A DNA stretch of 64,000 nucleotides, taken from the NCBI GenBank assembly GCA_017499595.2, contig CM038998.1, positions 2,480,001 through 2,544,000 on the forward strand, in the 5' to 3' direction. Below, one piece after another: positions 60,186 through 64,000 of the stretch. The DNA is from Psilocybe cubensis (lineage: Eukaryota). The first letter of the stretch is position 1, and every line of letters begins with the position of its first letter. The notes under the pieces are model-generated. The model was not told the origin of the DNA and did not search any database. It worked only from the letters and a program-made list of their open reading frames with translations. Position numbers and translations under genes: made by a program.

Positions 60186-63100
60186 TTATTCTCTGTGAGG
60201 TCCACCCAAGAGGAGAGCCATCAAATCATGAGACTGATTGGTAGAATTGGGATGGCCCTGTTGCAAATGAGGAGGTATTAGATGAGGTAGCATGTGAGGG
60301 GGAAGATGACTCTGAGGTTGTTGTTGCTGTGAACGCATGGCAAGGTGTGCTTGTTGTGCAGGGCCCTGTTGTGGGAATCCACCGTTGAGCCGATTTCCAC
60401 TGATAGCTGAACCCCCAAGACCCATTAAATGATGATGGCCAGATAGCCTGGGGTCCAAGTTGGGGAGAGCATTGTTTCCCAACGGTGCACCAGAGTTGTG
60501 CAGATGCGGTCCAGGAACTGGACCGCGAACCTGCATACCGTTGAACCCAATGGCGCTCGTTGCATTGAAATTGCTGAACGGAAGTTGTGGGTTTTGGAGT
60601 TGAGAATTGGTATGAAGAGGGTTATGTGGAACAGATGTCGGAAGGTTCGGCATTCCCAGAAATTGATTGGGTTCATGGGGTGGACGGCCTCCCAGATTAG
60701 CTAAGCCTGGGGGAAGTCGTTGCTGTGGCCCGTTTGGAATGGGAACACCCTGGGCGGAGTTCGGAGAAGGACCGCCTCTGAAGTTAGGCTGCTGCAGATT
60801 CTGAAGATTGAGTCCAGCATTCGGTCGGCCTTGTTGAGCGTAGAGAGAGGTAGGTGTAGGGTATAACGGATCAAGATTCCGCGACTGCTGTTGCTGGTTA
60901 TGTGGTGGGGGTAGACGTTGATAATTGTAGTGCATCGGATCGTCAACGTGTTCGACAAAGTGTGGTTCTCGACCACGTGGAGGAGGTGGAGGTATTGGTC
61001 GTAGGCCTGGGACCATCCCATCAGGAACAAAGCTGCGATCGTCTGATCGACTGTCGTATAGAGGTTCAAGTCGATTGCTATGGTGTTGGGGCTGAGGAAT
61101 AAGGTGTTGTTGCTGGTGAGCATGTAAACTTGATCCCGGTGATGAAAATCCTCCATTATGATTGAGCAGTGGGTTTGAAATAGTAGCTACATTGCCGCGC
61201 TTAAAAAACGTTAGCACAGAATCATCAAAGTGCAGATGCTTGTTGAAGCCTTACTTGAGACGAATTGTTGAGCATCGCAAAAAGTTCCTCCATGGCACGC
61301 TGATCACCTGGGTTTCCTTGATTTATGTTAGGGTGATCTTGTCTTTGACCGTGATTAGGAGATGGTGACGTGAAGCCGCCTTGCAGCTGAGGTTTTCCGG
61401 ACGCCGTACCATCCCGACCCTTACCATCGAAGAACTTAGCAAACCGACTCCCTTTTGCTCCTAGGCCATTGTAGTTGGTTTCCATCGGAGAATTGACGTT
61501 GGAGCTAAAGTTTTGCTCGATTGGGATTCGATGATGCGTGTTGACAAGAATATTGGCCTCTCTTTGCTCATCGAAGCCATAGCGCGGACGTGTTTGGTCA
61601 TCAAATGGCGAAAATCCGGATTGAGGACGAGGTGAGTCATGTTTGGAAAATGCGATATTTGAATCTGATGTAACGTTTGGTAAACCTCCTTAGTAACATT
61701 TATGAGCAACTCATGTAAATAATCGAACCCAAGATATTTACCGTTCAAAGTCTGAAGAGTGTTGGATGAATTATCGGAATTGGGAGCTTTGATGGGAGGT
61801 CGTGCAAAAGCAAGCAGCCGAGAGCCAGGAGGAGGTTGGAAAGAAGACACAGCAACAGAATCTGTGGGTTTCAATGCTGTAGGTTGATGTAAGTCGTGAG
61901 AGGCACCAAGATTTATTGGTTCCCTTCCTTCGGAAGACGTTCGACCTTGAGATGATTCGGTGGAGGCTTTGTTAGAGACTGCCAAATCCTTCAGACCAGG
62001 CGGAAACGGTGGTGGAGACGTAGAGGAAAAGGCAGGTGTACTTTGAGCTTGGGGCCGGATGGTCTCGGAATTGGTGCCATGAGAATAGGATTCACCAAGG
62101 GAATCTAGCAAAAGTAATCGAGTTAGTTTACTATGATTGATTACATATAAAGCACTCACCTTCAACGGCGTTTTCCCTGCCTTTGGATGTCGAAGCCATC
62201 GTACTCTCTTGTTTCATCATTTGCTGCAAAGCGTGGTCACTCTTTGAAGCAATATCGTCGAGGTCGTTTTTCTTCTTCTCTTCTTCCTGTTTCATGAGAA
62301 GTTTAAAAAGTTGTATTTCGTCCATAGCTTCCGACCTCCCAGGCAACGTTGCAGGTTGAGACGCTTTGTCGACCGTCGTAGATTTTGAGGGAGGTAAAGA
62401 TGCCTCTTTTTCTTTGGATTCCTTCTCCTTCAATCCCTTTTTCCAGGCTTGGATGCCATCTAATTCTCCTGTCGAGCTATGTCCGCCAAGTATTCCCTGC
62501 GTAGCTTCATTGGGGACATATGTATCCATCCAAGCAGGTTCCTTCTCCTTCTCACGCTCTTTGTCCTTGCGTTCATCCTTGTCTTTGGTGTCATCAGAGG
62601 GATTTCCAGGTTTTCGTTCGCGGGCAGAAGAACGTTTGTATGCTCGGTCATCATTAGTAGCCCATCTTTTATCGGCATTTCCTTCCCAAGTATGATCATT
62701 GTTGGGTTTATCTCGTCCACGTTCTCTTCGTGAGGTTGCTATCCTTTCGTCGCGTTTCCCGTCATCTCTCCAACGGCGAGAATCCTCTTCCCCGTCAACG
62801 TCTTTATCCCGTCGATGGTCATCACGCTCACGGTCCCCCCGTTGGGGCTTATCGCGGGGTTCTTCGCGGTCCCTTCTTGAAAGAGAAGCATCCCGTTTAG
62901 GTCGAGAGGAATCCCGAGTTCTTTCTCTACCATTGTCAATACCTGAAAAGGTTGTTAGGCAAAGATAGGCAAAGAAAAGACAGATGCAGCAACAACTTAC
63001 GGTCCTCGCGGCTAGGCCGAGGAGGCTCTGCACCTAGTAAAAATAGAAAAGTAAGAATAATAAAGTTAAAGTAGAGACGAGGTATCCACCTCTTCTCCAA

Positions 63101-64000
63101 TCCTCGCTTGCCTCACCAACTTTTTTCTTGATAGTTTCACGGGCATCTCCCCGCCGAGAGGCAGCGTTTGAAGAAAGCGACTGTTGCGTTCTGGCGCTAT
63201 TTGCATTGAGATGAGGAGCCACCTCTCGATCTTTCCTTGTGGCCAGAGGAAGTGAAAGCCTGTCACGGTCATACTTATCTGATAACTATTGAATACCGCA
63301 TAGGTAAACTGGAACAGAAGAAACTTGTGAATACAACGGCTTACATGTCGAAGCCTTTCATGGCCTTCCTTTTCGCGCATATCGCGTTCTCTTTCTTTGT
63401 CGCCTTCTCTTTCTCTGTCCCTGTCACGATCACTCGGACGCAAAGATTGATGCTTGAAATTTCCCATTTGAGACGGCTGAGTGAGCGCAGTGCGGAATGA
63501 AGGTCGTGCAGATACATCTGTTAATGCTGTTAGAAGAAGTTAAATTTAGAAAGATTCGTCTGCCAACTCACCTCCTTCTTCAGCATCACGGCGATATCTA
63601 ACACGATGAAATGCACATTAGCAAATAATTGTGAAATAGAAATAAAATTCACTCACCGTCGTTCCCTCGGCCCACCAGAAGTTGGTGGATCATCCTTTTT
63701 TACAGAATTTTCGTTTTCAGTTCTAAAAAATAATCAATACTTGAGAATGAACTAAAGCAAGCCTCGGTATGAATCACCCAAACCACACTTTCAGCTCTGG
63801 CATATTCAGTGGCGGTTTCACCAACGGCGAGGCTGAGAGTAGAACAAGTTGACGGCGTGTATACTTCCTAATAGGTCGGGCGGAAGGAGGCGGGGCTTCA
63901 TCGTGCTGTTCACCAACGGCTTCGTTTAGGGCAGTGTTGTCAGGAGACGGGGTCGGGGAGTCGGTTGGAGTTTCTCCAGATTCTTGTGGTTCTTGGAATG
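60186..64000 (-). CDS. Probable eIF4E-binding 4E-T/Eap1-like protein (5' end beyond the window)
   Basis: YTRRQLV motif, RD/RE-rich region, EPAW, GSRFAKFF and a Q/P/N-rich C-terminus; multi-exon. Confidence 0.65.

Overview
Gene-dense, intron-rich fungal DNA, most likely from an agaricomycete (mushroom-forming basidiomycete). Introns are mostly about 50-60 nt, GT-AG, with CTRAY branch sites. About 27 protein-coding genes were reconstructed by joining ORF fragments across introns. They include LYS1, IMP1, ELP4, an LRR-RhoGEF, two amino acid transporters, a GH74-CBM1 xyloglucanase, TVP23, a dual-specificity phosphatase, CBR1, a PR-1/CAP protein, EMC7, UTP23, polyubiquitin, a Cdc24-like GEF, a WDR5-like protein, eIF3k, an ITC1/ACF1-like protein, D-galacturonate reductase, a cyclin, and a probable eIF4E-transporter-like protein cut by the window end. 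The standout is a 1,202-bp non-autonomous TIR transposon at 3719-4920. It has perfect 33-bp TIRs and an 8-bp target-site duplication, and it is inserted exactly in the YxxxK catalytic motif of a short-chain dehydrogenase gene. It carries the spliced 3' end of a gene I do not recognise, partly present as two diverged copies. No tRNA, rRNA or CRISPR array was found. Gene boundaries were read by eye and may be off by a few bases.
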